The notes under the pieces were generated by a model, which searched no databases, had not been told where the DNA came from, and worked only from the letters and a program-made list of their open reading frames with translations. A DNA stretch of 64,000 nt from positions 372,001 to 436,000 of the forward strand of contig CAWJLW010000006.1 of NCBI GenBank assembly GCA_963843795.1, given 5' to 3'. Source of the DNA: an uncultured bacterium. GTDB lineage: Bacteria > Armatimonadota > Abditibacteriia > Abditibacteriales > Abditibacteriaceae. Each line of letters begins with the position of its first letter. Position 1 is the first letter of the stretch. The translations under genes were made by a program, and so were the position numbers. This document shows, one piece after another, positions 41,251 to 51,552 of this stretch.

Positions 41251-42999
41251 ATGTCAGAACAAATTCAAGACAGCAGCGAGGTGATGGCATCGTTGCTTCC
41301 GCAAAACCACGCCATCGAAAACCAGCCGCAAAACAATGGCGCAAGTACTTGCAGCGCCAAATATCGCGCGTTTGCGCCGGTACATCTGCCGGACAGGACG
41401 TGGCCAGACAAGCAAATTACAACTGCGCCGATTTGGTGCAGCGTCGATTTGCGCGATGGCAATCAGGCGCTGGCGATTCCGATGAGCGTGGAAGAAAAGT
41501 TGGAAATGTTCGATCTGCTGGTGCGCATCGGCTTCAAGGAAATCGAAATTGGTTTCCCTTCGGCCTCGCAAATCGAGTTCGATTTTTGCCGCCGTTTGAT
41601 TGAAGAAAATCGAATTCCCGACGACGTTACGGTGCAGGTTTTGGTGCAGTGTCGCGAGGCGCTGATTCGGCGCACTTTTGAAGCGCTGCAAGGCGCGCGA
41701 CGCGCGATTGTGCACATTTACAACTCGACCAATCCCGCGCAACGCCGCATCGTGTTTGGTTTGACGCAAGAGCAAATCAAGGAAATCGCCGTTGAAGCGA
41801 CGCGGTTGGTGAAACAGTTGGCGAGCGAAAATCCGCAAACCGAATGGGTTTTGCAGTATTCGCCGGAAAGTTTCGTCCTGACCGAACTGCCGTTTTCGCT
41901 CGAAGTGTGCGAAGCGGTTGCTCACGTTTGGGAGCCGACTCCGGAAAACAAAATCATTCTGAATTTGCCAACGACTGTCGAAAGTTCAACGCCAAATGTT
42001 CACGCCGACCAAATCGAATGGTTTTGCCGTCATTTGAGCGTGCGTGAGCGCGCGATTATTTCGCTGCACACACACAATGATCGCGGCACCGGCGTCGCAG
42101 CGACTGAACTGGCTTTGTTGGCCGGAGCCGACCGCGTCGAGGGCACGTTGTTCGGTAATGGCGAGCGCACGGGGAATTTGGACATTGTGACGGTCGCGCT
42201 GAATTTGTATTCGCAGGGCGTGGAATCGAATCTGGATTTTTCCGATTTGCCCTCAGTGCGTTCGGTTTACGAGCGCACCACGCGCATGGACGTTCACGCG
42301 CGTCATCCGTATGCGGGCGATTTGGTGTTCACGGCATTTTCGGGTTCGCATCAAGACGCGATTGACAAAGGTTTCAAGGCGCAAGACCCAAACGGCGCGT
42401 GGGAAGTGCCGTATTTGCCGCTCGATCCGCACGATATTGGGCGCGATTATCAGGCGGTGATTCGCTACAATTCGCAAAGCGGCAAAGGCGGCGCGGCGTT
42501 TTTGCTGGAGCAGAATTACGGCTTCACGCTGCCGAAAATGATGCGCGTTGAATTCGGTAAAATCCTGAATTCTGTCGCCGATAAACAAGGTCGCGAACTG
42601 TCGGTCGAAGAAATTTACCAAGTGTTCGAGCGCGAATACTTGCAGCGCCAAACGCCGCTGCAACTTCTTGGCTTTGAAAGCACCAGCGCGGGCAACGGTC
42701 AGGTTGAAGGTCGCGCTCAAGTACTTGTGCACGGCCAAGAACGCGAACTGCGCGCGGTTGGAAATGGACCGATAGATGCGTTTATTGTCGCGGTGAGCGC
42801 CGCTAAAATCCTCAGTGTCGATGTGCTAAATTTCGCCGAACATTCTTTGGAAGGCGGAGCCGAAGCGCGTGCGGTGGCGTATGTGCAAATCGGTGAAAGC
42901 GATGGCGCGACGTATTACGGCGCGGCGATTCATACCAATATCGAAACCGCATCAATTAAGGCCGTGGTGAGCGCCCTGAATCGAGCATTGAGCGCGTGA
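41251..42999 (+). CDS. leuA: 2-isopropylmalate synthase (yeast/actinobacterial type)
   Basis: DRTWP, CSVDLRDGNQAL, YSPESF, SLHTHNDRGT, GNGERTGN, AFSGSHQDAI, GNGPIDA. Confidence 0.96.
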   Translation: MSEQIQDSSEVMASLLPQNHAIENQPQNNGASTCSAKYRAFAPVHLPDRTWPDKQITTAPIWCSVDLRDGNQALAIPMSVEEKLEMFDLLVRIGFKEIEIGFPSASQIEFDFCRRLIEENRIPDDVTVQVLVQCREALIRRTFEALQGARRAIVHIYNSTNPAQRRIVFGLTQEQIKEIAVEATRLVKQLASENPQTEWVLQYSPESFVLTELPFSLEVCEAVAHVWEPTPENKIILNLPTTVESSTPNVHADQIEWFCRHLSVRERAIISLHTHNDRGTGVAATELALLAGADRVEGTLFGNGERTGNLDIVTVALNLYSQGVESNLDFSDLPSVRSVYERTTRMDVHARHPYAGDLVFTAFSGSHQDAIDKGFKAQDPNGAWEVPYLPLDPHDIGRDYQAVIRYNSQSGKGGAAFLLEQNYGFTLPKMMRVEFGKILNSVADKQGRELSVEEIYQVFEREYLQRQTPLQLLGFESTSAGNGQVEGRAQVLVHGQERELRAVGNGPIDAFIVAVSAAKILSVDVLNFAEHSLEGGAEARAVAYVQIGESDGATYYGAAIHTNIETASIKAVVSALNRALSA

Positions 43000-43024
43000 A
43001 TTTCGGGTTTGTTTAATTCTTTGG

Positions 43025-43064
43025 TAATCTTGTGTCCTGCAAGTACTTGCAGGACACAAGATTA
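43025..43064. terminator. 40-bp perfect palindrome centred on the core motif, between convergent genes
   Basis: taatcttgtgtcct-gcaagtacttgc-aggacacaagatta. Confidence 0.6.
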
Positions 43065-43067
43065 GCC

Positions 43068-43877
43068 TTATGGCACGACTTTGAACTTGTAACCGTCGGG
43101 ACCAGTGGCAATTTTATGATCGTTGCCATTATACGCTGCGATTTGAATGCGATAAGTGTCGGAGGTCAGGGGTTTCGCCGTTTGATACGAAGTTCCCTCA
43201 ACGCGCACTTCGTATTCGCTGACGCTGTTGCTCATTTGGTCGGGATACAAGCTGAACTTGTAATAAGTCGCGCCCGCGTACGGCTGCCACTTGATAATAG
43301 CCGTGCCGGGCTTGAGCGTTTGGCTGGCTTTGGGAGCAAGGATTTTTAGGTCGCTTTTGAATAAGTGCGTTGGGTCGATAAAAAGCGTTTTATCGGCTTC
43401 GACCGTGTACTTTTTCGCTTGCAGGATGCCGCTTTGCATGAATACCACCATCGGCGTGTCGAAAACGCGGGCCGTCAATCCCTCGTATTCTTTGGGCGGC
43501 ACATCTTTGATGACGAAATCACCGTTTTTGTCAGTGCGCGCCGTGAAAGTTTTGCCCGAGGCACCCAGAATGCTGCTGAATTTTTCGCTCAGCGTGACTT
43601 CGATATTGGATGCCGGCTTGTCGTTCCACAGCACCTGACCCTGAACGTTACCCTTACCTGCTGCGGGTTTGAACAGTTCCTTTTGCGGTGGGGCCTCGAC
43701 AGCGGTTTCTGCTGGAGTAGCAGAGGTCGTGTCGCTGGACTGAGTTGTGGTGGTTGTGCGATTTTCTTCCGGTGCCGTGGCCGAGTTTTGACAACCAGAC
43801 AACGCGCATATAAAGACAATTGAAATGCCCGTTGCGAGTGCGAAAGCAGTGAGCTGGCGAACCCATGAAATTTGCAT
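43068..43877 (-). CDS. Putative lipoprotein with beta-sandwich (carboxypeptidase-regulatory-like) domains
   Basis: Lipobox LSG|C; Thr-rich linker; GNVQGQV...ARTDKNGDFVIKDVPP. Confidence 0.7.
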   Translation of the reverse strand: MQISWVRQLTAFALATGISIVFICALSGCQNSATAPEENRTTTTTQSSDTTSATPAETAVEAPPQKELFKPAAGKGNVQGQVLWNDKPASNIEVTLSEKFSSILGASGKTFTARTDKNGDFVIKDVPPKEYEGLTARVFDTPMVVFMQSGILQAKKYTVEADKTLFIDPTHLFKSDLKILAPKASQTLKPGTAIIKWQPYAGATYYKFSLYPDQMSNSVSEYEVRVEGTSYQTAKPLTSDTYRIQIAAYNGNDHKIATGPDGYKFKVVP

Positions 43878-44063
43878 AACAGTTTTCCTGGAAGCACGAG
43901 ATATGTTGTATTGTAACCGAAAATTTTCCGATTGTGCTTGGCTCGAAACTTAAATTTAATGCGAAGCAGGAAACTATGCCGCAAGATTGATAAAATAACT
44001 GCTAAGAAACCATTTTTTCTGATAGCCGCGTTTAAAGGCGGTTATCAGTACTCGGAGCCAATT

Positions 44064-45492
44064 ATGTCTGCACCCAAAACCCTGTTTGAAAAAATCTGGG
44101 ACGCTCACGTCGTCCATGAAGACCAGAATCGCGCCTTGCTTTACATCGACTTGCACCTCGTCCACGAAGTGACTTCGCCGCAGGCCTTTGAAGGTTTGCG
44201 TCTCACCAATCGTCAAGTTCGCCGCCCCGAACTGACGCTGGCGACGATGGATCACAACGTACCCACGACCGATCGCAGCCTGCCGATTCTCGACCAAATC
44301 TCCGCTAAGCAGATGCAAACGCTCAAGCAGAATTGCGAAGATTTCGGCGTTACTGTTTTCGATATTCACGATCCGCGTCAGGGCATCGTTCACATCATCG
44401 GCCCCGAATTGGGTTTGACGCAACCCGGCATGACGATTGTGTGCGGCGATTCGCATACTTCCACGCATGGCGCGTTCGGCGCGCTGGCGTTTGGCATCGG
44501 CACGAGCGAAGTCGAACACGTTCTGGCAACCCAAACCTTGCCGCAATCACGCCCCAAGACGATGGAAATTCGCGTTGAAGGCGACGGGCCGTTGCCTGCT
44601 GGCGTAACTTCGAAAGATATCATTCTGGCAATCATCGGCAAAATCGGTACTGCGGGCGCGACCGGCCACGTCATCGAATACACTGGCGCGCCAATTCGCG
44701 CTCTCTCGATGGAAGCGCGCATGACGATTTGCAACATGAGCATCGAAGCTGGTGCGCGTGCGGGCATGATTGCGCCCGATGAAACCACGTTTCAAGTACT
44801 TGCAAGGCAAGCAACACGCGCCGAGCGGTGACGATTGGCAAACTGCAATTGATTACTGGAAAACTCTGCCGACTGATGAAGGCGCAACTTACGACACAAC
44901 GGTGGTTTTGACAGCGGAAGATTTAGTGCCGCAAGTTTCCTGGGGCACTAATCCGGGCCAGACATTGCCGATTACCAGCATGGTGCCCAAGCCGGAAGAA
45001 ATTGTTGACGAAACCGACCGCAAGAGCGCGCAGCAAGCGATTGAATACATGGATTTGCAACCGGGCGCGCCGCTCAAAGGCTTGAAAATTGAGCGCGTTT
45101 TCATTGGCAGTTGCACTAATGGTCGCATCGAAGACTTGCGCTTGGCCGCTCATCTTGTCGAAGGCAAAACCAAAGCGCCGGGCGTGAACGTGATGGTCGT
45201 GCCGGGTAGCGGCGCGGTGAAAATCGACGCCGAAAAAGAAGGCTTGGACAAAGTGTTCAAAGCGGCGGGCTTTGAATGGCGCGAGCCGGGCTGTTCGATG
45301 TGCTTGGGTATGAACCCCGACATTTTGCAGCCAGGCGAACGTTGTGCAAGTACGTCAAATCGCAACTTCGAAGGTCGTCAGGGCAAAGGCGGCCGCACGC
45401 ATTTAGTCAGCGTTCCAATGGCGGTAGCAGCAGCCGTTGAAGGCGAATTGGTCGATGTGCGCGAATGGGACAAGATGAACAAAGGTAAGTAA
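44064..45492 (+). CDS. leuC: 3-isopropylmalate dehydratase large subunit (frameshift ~44790)
   Basis: [58 protein letters not shown]. Confidence 0.96.
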
Positions 45493-45526
45493 ACGCCAAT
45501 CGCGCTGCAACTACTTACTAGAAACA

Positions 45527-45568
45527 TTGAAAGCCCGCAGAGACTTACAAGTCTCTGCGGGCTTTCAA
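45527..45568. terminator. Inverted repeat (20-bp arms) between convergent leuC and phosphoesterase genes
   Basis: ttgaaagcccgcagagactt-ac-aagtctctgcgggctttcaa. Confidence 0.75.
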
Positions 45569-45590
45569 GTGAATGATTTACCAAGTTGGT

Positions 45591-46568
45591 TCAACGCTGG
45601 ATGAAATTGACGTTTGAAATGGTGAATTGCGAGTCGTCGGTTTTGGTTTTATCGTAAAAAGGCGAATACATGCGCGCGGCAATCGTGCCTTTTTCGGTAT
45701 CAATATCCAGTAAACGGATATAGCCACCTCCGGAATCTTCACCCTGATAGTCTTGTAAAATTTGATAAATCGTGTTGCCCTGAGTTCCGACATCGGCGCG
45801 ATGCGCGGAAGAATCGACGTGACCACTCAATACCAAACGCACATTAGCGTGCTGGCTTATCATGCGATGGTAGATTTCCTGGCAGGTCAAGTCGCCATAT
45901 CCGGCGTTGTTGGAATTGATTTCGCCTTTGGAATTAAGATGAAAATGCGTCAGAATAATCGCGTTGTGTTTAGGGAATTGGTCGAGAATCGTGTTCGCCC
46001 ATGCGACTGGAGCCGGGCGTGCGCAAAATTCCAATGTAATCACCAGCCAGTTCAAGCCGCCCGCTTGGAATGTATAAAACGCGTTATCGCTTTTGTCCGG
46101 TTCAAAGCGACCTCGTTGGGCGCGCAGGCGGCTGACGGGGAAAAAAGTGTTGAAAAACAGGGTCTGGCGTACGTTTTTGTTGGTGTTGCCGGGTGCTGCA
46201 CTGCCCGAAAACCGACCCACAGCGGATGTGTCGTGATTGCCGACCGCCAAAGCATAAGGCAGATTTGCTTGATCCAGTTTTTCAAAGGCATCGCTGGCCG
46301 TCTTCCACTGCGTTGTGTTGTCCCAATCGACAATATCGCCGACGTGCAGAACAATGGGAATCTGCAAATCCTGGCGATGCTTGACCAGCCAATCGAGTTG
46401 GCTGTGCAGCATTTCAGGATGCGCGCGCACTTCGATTTGCGTGTCTGGCAAAATTGGCAGCGTGAAGGGTTTGGCGTACAGCGCGCTGCAAAATAATAGT
46501 AGCGCGAGCGACTGAGCGAGCGATAGAAAAAGCGAAAGAAAACTGGTGCGACAGACATTGCGTTTCAT
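45591..46568 (-). CDS. Secreted calcineurin-like metallophosphoesterase
   Basis: LPDTQ, HVGDIVD, GNHD, LTH, SGHV. Confidence 0.88.
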   Translation of the reverse strand: MKRNVCRTSFLSLFLSLAQSLALLLFCSALYAKPFTLPILPDTQIEVRAHPEMLHSQLDWLVKHRQDLQIPIVLHVGDIVDWDNTTQWKTASDAFEKLDQANLPYALAVGNHDTSAVGRFSGSAAPGNTNKNVRQTLFFNTFFPVSRLRAQRGRFEPDKSDNAFYTFQAGGLNWLVITLEFCARPAPVAWANTILDQFPKHNAIILTHFHLNSKGEINSNNAGYGDLTCQEIYHRMISQHANVRLVLSGHVDSSAHRADVGTQGNTIYQILQDYQGEDSGGGYIRLLDIDTEKGTIAARMYSPFYDKTKTDDSQFTISNVNFIQR

Positions 46569-46682
46569 CAAAAAATCTCCGTTGAATTCTTCTGCCTTCG
46601 ATTCAATTGGGGCGCGCAAGTGTCGTAAAATAAAGTTCGCAGTTTCAATTCACTCGAATTTCACTTTTAATCAAGGAAAATT

Positions 46683-47303
46683 ATGCAACCTTTTACCGTT
46701 CTCACCGGCATTGCCGCGCCGCTCGACCGCGCCAATGTCGATACCGATCAAATCATTCCCAAGCAGTTTCTCAAGCGCATCGAGCGCACTGGTTTCGGCC
46801 AATTTTTGTTCTACGATTGGCGTTACGAAGCTGACGGACGCACGCCCGACGCGAATTTTCTGCTCAACGATGCGCGCTTGGCGGGTGCGCAAATTCTGGT
46901 GGCGCAGAAAAATTTCGGCAGTGGCAGTTCGCGTGAACACGCTCCGTGGGCGCTGGAAGATTACGGGTTTCGCTGCGTCATCGCGCCGAGTTACGCCGAT
47001 ATTTTCTTCAATAACTGCTTTCAAAACGGCATTCTGCCGATTGTGCTGCCTGAAGAAACTGTTGTGCATCTGCTCACTTATTTGGCCGAAAATTTAGGCG
47101 CGCGTTTGACAATTGATTTGCCCGCGCAGACGATTGCGGGCGCTGGAATCGAAAACATCCATTTTGAAATTGACGCTTACCGCAAGCATCGCTTGTTGAA
47201 TGGTTTGGACGACATCGGCATGACGATGCAGCACGAAAGCGATATCACCAATTTTGAAGGCGCACGCCCGCATTGGATGAGCCGCGTGCAAGAAAACGCG
47301 TGA
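46683..47303 (+). CDS. leuD: 3-isopropylmalate dehydratase small subunit
   Basis: [44 protein letters not shown]. Confidence 0.97.
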   Translation: MQPFTVLTGIAAPLDRANVDTDQIIPKQFLKRIERTGFGQFLFYDWRYEADGRTPDANFLLNDARLAGAQILVAQKNFGSGSSREHAPWALEDYGFRCVIAPSYADIFFNNCFQNGILPIVLPEETVVHLLTYLAENLGARLTIDLPAQTIAGAGIENIHFEIDAYRKHRLLNGLDDIGMTMQHESDITNFEGARPHWMSRVQENA

Positions 47304-47312
47304 ATTTAAAGC

Positions 47313-47350
47313 CAAAAAGCGCGCTGCAAGTACTTGCAGCGCGCTTTTTG
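47313..47350 (+). terminator. 38-bp perfect palindrome centred on the core motif, after leuD
   Basis: caaaaagcgcgct-gcaagtacttgc-agcgcgctttttg. Confidence 0.7.
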
Positions 47351-47567
47351 CATGAGTAGTTATTTGCAGTCTGCCCACCGCAAAAAACGCGCAAGAAAAA
47401 GTCGATGCCGCTTTGAGAAGCCAAGTTTCTCGGTGGCGAATAGAGCAGTGAACGAAGCGAGATTCATCAGTCCTCCGGCACAAAAAACAACCCTTTTTGT
47501 TCATAAAAAGGAATTGCGCGGCAAAAATAAACCGCGTAAGAGTTGTCAATTTCTTAGAATAGAAAGC

Positions 47568-48986
47568 ATGAATTCAGAATTTGATGCGATTGTTATCGGT
47601 GGTGGGCAGGGCGCGAGTCTGGGCATCGCGCTGGCCAAAGCGGGACGCAAAACCGCGCTCATCGAGCGCGCTTATTTCGGTGGCACTTGTGTCAATTATG
47701 GCTGCACACCGACCAAAACAATGGTTGCCAGCGCGCAAGTCGCGCACACCGCGCGTCACAGCGATCGTTACGGCGTTTACTGCGGTGGCGTTACCGTTGA
47801 AATGAAAGACGTCGTGGCGCGCAAAAATGCCGTGGTGGAAGATTTTCGGCAAAGCGTGGAAGCAAATTTAGAACACGAAAACTTGCAGATTTTCTGCGGC
47901 GAAGCCAAATTCACTGGTCACAAAGCCGTGCAAGTACTTGCAGATGGGAAAACGCACGATTTGACAGCCGAAACAATCGTGATTGCCGTTGGCACGCACA
48001 ATAAAGTTCCACCAGTTGAAGGTTTGGATGGTGTGGATTTTTTGGATTCGACTTCGATTATGGAATTGGATGTCGTGCCCGAACATCTGATGATTCTGGG
48101 CGGCGGCTATATTTCGGTCGAATTCGGACAAATGTTCCGGCGCTTCGGTGCGCGTGTCACAATTATCGAAAAAAACCCGCAATTGTTATCGCGTGAAGAT
48201 GCCGATGTGGCGCAGCGTGTGCGCGAAATTTTACAGGAAGACGGGCTGGAAATTCTTTGCGACGCCAAAGTGCAAAGCGTGGCCCAGGATGGCGATGAAA
48301 TCGCGCTGCAAGTACTTGCAGGCGCAGAAGAGCGCGAACTGCGCGGCTCGCATTTGCTCGTCGCAATTGGGCGCGCGCCTTCAACAGGCGATTTGGGTTT
48401 GGAGAAAACCGGCGTCGAATGTGATGAGAAAGGCTATCTCCAAGTCGATGCACAGTTGCAAACAAATGTTGCGGGCATTTATGGATTGGGCGAAGTTGCG
48501 GGCAGCCCGCCCTTTACGCATATCGCCTATGACGATTTTCGCATTCTGTGCGCGAACTTGACCGAAGACAAGAATTGCGACACCAAAGATCGCCTGATTC
48601 CGTGGGTAGTTTTCATGAATCCGCAACTGGGGCGCATCGGTGTGAATGAAAAAGAAGCGCGCGAAAAAGGCGTGGATTACGCAATTGCGCAGATAGAAAT
48701 GGACGCGATTGCGCGGCCTTTGGAAACCGGACAAACGCGTGGCTTCTGGAAAGTTTTAATCGCACCGGACGGAGAAATTTTAGGTGGTTCGTTTTTGTCG
48801 ATGGAAGGCGGCGAAGTGATGGCCATGTTGCAACTCGCGATGATTGGAAAGCTGTCATACGACAAGCTGCGCGACTTGCCGATAGCGCATCCGACGCTGG
48901 CCGAATCGTTCAACAATTTGTTTCTCAAGTTCGACCGCGACCAGCAAAAAGGTCACACAGAACGGCATGGCGCAACCGGCGCATGA
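47568..48986 (+). CDS. Pyridine nucleotide-disulfide oxidoreductase (MerA/RclA/LpdA-like, no C-terminal Cys pair)
   Basis: IGGGQG, GGTCVNYGCTPTK, GGGYISVEF, HPTLAE. Confidence 0.88.
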   Translation: MNSEFDAIVIGGGQGASLGIALAKAGRKTALIERAYFGGTCVNYGCTPTKTMVASAQVAHTARHSDRYGVYCGGVTVEMKDVVARKNAVVEDFRQSVEANLEHENLQIFCGEAKFTGHKAVQVLADGKTHDLTAETIVIAVGTHNKVPPVEGLDGVDFLDSTSIMELDVVPEHLMILGGGYISVEFGQMFRRFGARVTIIEKNPQLLSREDADVAQRVREILQEDGLEILCDAKVQSVAQDGDEIALQVLAGAEERELRGSHLLVAIGRAPSTGDLGLEKTGVECDEKGYLQVDAQLQTNVAGIYGLGEVAGSPPFTHIAYDDFRILCANLTEDKNCDTKDRLIPWVVFMNPQLGRIGVNEKEAREKGVDYAIAQIEMDAIARPLETGQTRGFWKVLIAPDGEILGGSFLSMEGGEVMAMLQLAMIGKLSYDKLRDLPIAHPTLAESFNNLFLKFDRDQQKGHTERHGATGA

Positions 48987-49012
48987 AATTCGTGATTCCA
49001 AAAGGATAAAGA

Positions 49013-49798
49013 ATGTTAATGGCACAAGATTGGTGGCCGCGCAAAGATGAATTTCCGGCTCCGCAACTGTCGGTTTCTCCGGCTGAAAAGCCCAACGGCG
49101 CGGGCGTGCTGGTGATTCCGGGCGGCGGCTATCAAGGCGTCGCGAGCGGTCACGAGGGCGTAGATGTTATGAACTGGCTTAACGCGCGTGGTTACAGCGC
49201 GTGGATGCTGCATTATGCCGTCGCGGAAGATAAACGCCCCGGCCCGCTCTTGTCGCTGCCTTTAGAACAAGCCCAGCGCGCGCTGCGTTGGATTCGTGCG
49301 CACGCGATGGAATGGAAAGTTGAACCTTCGCATATCGGCGTCTGGGGATTTTCCGCAGGCGGTCATCTGACCTCGACTTTAGCCACGCATTGGGATGAAG
49401 GACAAAAAAATGGCGACGAAATCGAACGCTGGGATTCGCGTCCCGCGTTTCAGGTTTTGGGCTATCCGGTTATCACGATGGGAGAAAAGACGCACGGCGG
49501 CTCCAAACACAATTTGCTGGGCGATAATCCGAGTCCCGAGCTTGTTGAAAAATATTCCAATGAATTGCAGGTGAATGCGCAAACGCCGCCTGCATTTTTG
49601 TTTCATACCGCCGATGATTCTGCCGTGCCGATTGAAAATAGCCTTGAGTATTTCAAGGCGCTGCACAAAAACGGCGTGAAAGCCGAAATGCACGTTTATC
49701 AGCATGGCCCGCACGGCGTGGGCTTGGCCCAGAATGATATCAATTTGAAAACCTGGCCAACTTTGCTGGAAAATTGGCTGCGCGTAAACGCGTTGTAA
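49013..49798 (+). CDS. Alpha/beta hydrolase (carbohydrate esterase-like)
   Basis: PGGGY, GFSAGGH, HTADD, GPHGVGL. Confidence 0.88.
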   Translation: MLMAQDWWPRKDEFPAPQLSVSPAEKPNGAGVLVIPGGGYQGVASGHEGVDVMNWLNARGYSAWMLHYAVAEDKRPGPLLSLPLEQAQRALRWIRAHAMEWKVEPSHIGVWGFSAGGHLTSTLATHWDEGQKNGDEIERWDSRPAFQVLGYPVITMGEKTHGGSKHNLLGDNPSPELVEKYSNELQVNAQTPPAFLFHTADDSAVPIENSLEYFKALHKNGVKAEMHVYQHGPHGVGLAQNDINLKTWPTLLENWLRVNAL

Positions 49799-49850
49799 TC
49801 GAGAAAAAGCGCGCTGCAAGTAACTTGCAGCGCGCTCGCATGAAAGCAAC

Positions 49851-51470
49851 ATGAATTCAAAACCGCTCAACTTTCTGTGGTTTTCGATGGAAGACACTTC
49901 GCCGCGTTTTGGTTGTTATGGCGATGACGTGGCGCGCACGCCGAATTTGGATAAATTAGCCACTGATGGCAGGTTGTTCACGCGCGCCTTTTGCACCTCG
50001 GGCGTTTGTGCGCCTTCGCGCGCTTCAATTATCACCGGTTGTTACGCGACGTGGTTGGGTGCTCATCATATGCGCACTTCGTTTGATGGTTTCGGTTATC
50101 AGAAATACGGCACCACTTACGAATGTTGCCCGCCGCATTATGTGAAATGCTTCACTGAATATCTGCGCGCGGCGGGCTATTATTGCACTAACAACAGCAA
50201 AACCGATTACCAATTTAAGCCGCCGCGTACCGCGTGGGACGAATGCGACAATCAGGCTCACTGGCGCAGTCGGCCCGATAAAAATCAGCCGTTTTTTGCC
50301 GTCTTTAATCCGACGATGACGCACGAAAGCGGTATGTGGCGCGAAGGTAGCGAAGCGCGCAAAATTGGCGTTGAAAGCATCACCGATCCACAAGCCGTCA
50401 CAGTTCCTCCTTGGCTGCCCGACACGCCCGAAGTGCGCGAAACCATCGCGCGCCATTACGACAATATCGCGTACAGCGATGGTCTTTTGGGCGAACTTTT
50501 GGCGCAACTCGAAGCCGATGGACTGGCCGAAAACACCGTTGTCATGGTGTGGAGCGATCACGGCGAAGGCTTGCCACGCGCCAAGCGAACGCCTTATGAT
50601 TCCGGCACGCGCATTCCTTTGATCGTGCGCTGGCCGGGCCAAATCGAGGCGGGCAGCGTTTCCGACCAGTTGGTCAGCCTGATTGATTTACCGCCGACGA
50701 TTCTTGCGCTGGCCGGCTTGAAGTTGCCGGTTTATTTGCAGGGTCAGCCGTTTTTAGGTGAACACAACCAGCCGCGCGATTATGTTTTTGCGCATCGCGA
50801 TCGTCAGGACATCGCTTACGATATGCGCCGCTCGGTGCGCGATCAGCGCTTCAAGTACATTCGCAATTATTACGCGGGCACGCCGCTTTTCAACTGGGAG
50901 CCGTATGCCAACAAGCATTTAGCGATGCAAAATTTGCAGCGGATGCACCGCGAAAATTCGTTGCCGGAAAACTCGCAGCCGCTGTTCGCCGCCCGCGCGC
51001 CCGAAGAATTATACGATTTGCAAAACGACCCGCACGAATTGAAAAACGTCGTGGGAAATGCGGAATTTGCCGCAGATTTGGCGCGTTTGCGCCATGCTTT
51101 GAGTGATTGGCGGCGCGAATATGACCGCTGGGGTGATTGGGACGAATGGGCCATGCTCGAAACTTGGTGGCCCAATGGGGTTCAGCCACAAACTGCATCG
51201 GTGGAATTCATTCCGTGGTCGGAAGGTTACGACGCATTGTCGCCCAAAAACGATGGCGCCTTGCGCGGCCCGGTCGCATTGCAGCTACAAAGCTGCACCC
51301 AAGGCGCTTCAATTTCTTATACCTTGGACGAAGGCGAAAATTCGCGTTGGCTGCTGTATCGCTTACCCTTGTTTTTGCCATCTGGAGATGTCAAAATTCG
51401 CGCGCGCGCGATTCGCATCGGCTTTAAAGAAAGCGACGAAACCGTTGCGTGTTATCAGATAGGATCTTGA
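49851..51470 (+). CDS. Sulfatase (formylglycine-dependent)
   Basis: RTPNLD, CAPSR, SDHGE, DLPPT, EELYDL.NDPHE. Confidence 0.92.
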   Translation: MNSKPLNFLWFSMEDTSPRFGCYGDDVARTPNLDKLATDGRLFTRAFCTSGVCAPSRASIITGCYATWLGAHHMRTSFDGFGYQKYGTTYECCPPHYVKCFTEYLRAAGYYCTNNSKTDYQFKPPRTAWDECDNQAHWRSRPDKNQPFFAVFNPTMTHESGMWREGSEARKIGVESITDPQAVTVPPWLPDTPEVRETIARHYDNIAYSDGLLGELLAQLEADGLAENTVVMVWSDHGEGLPRAKRTPYDSGTRIPLIVRWPGQIEAGSVSDQLVSLIDLPPTILALAGLKLPVYLQGQPFLGEHNQPRDYVFAHRDRQDIAYDMRRSVRDQRFKYIRNYYAGTPLFNWEPYANKHLAMQNLQRMHRENSLPENSQPLFAARAPEELYDLQNDPHELKNVVGNAEFAADLARLRHALSDWRREYDRWGDWDEWAMLETWWPNGVQPQTASVEFIPWSEGYDALSPKNDGALRGPVALQLQSCTQGASISYTLDEGENSRWLLYRLPLFLPSGDVKIRARAIRIGFKESDETVACYQIGS

Positions 51471-51552
51471 AATGTGCTTTCCTAACTTTCCCTGTCATTC
51501 CAGCCGATTCGTCTCACAACGTGGCGCTGCAAGTACTTGCAGCGCCATTTGC

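Noticed and set aside
47568..48986. Mercury resistance gene merA
   Set aside because: No N-terminal metal-binding domain, no C-terminal Cys-Cys pair, and no mer operon context
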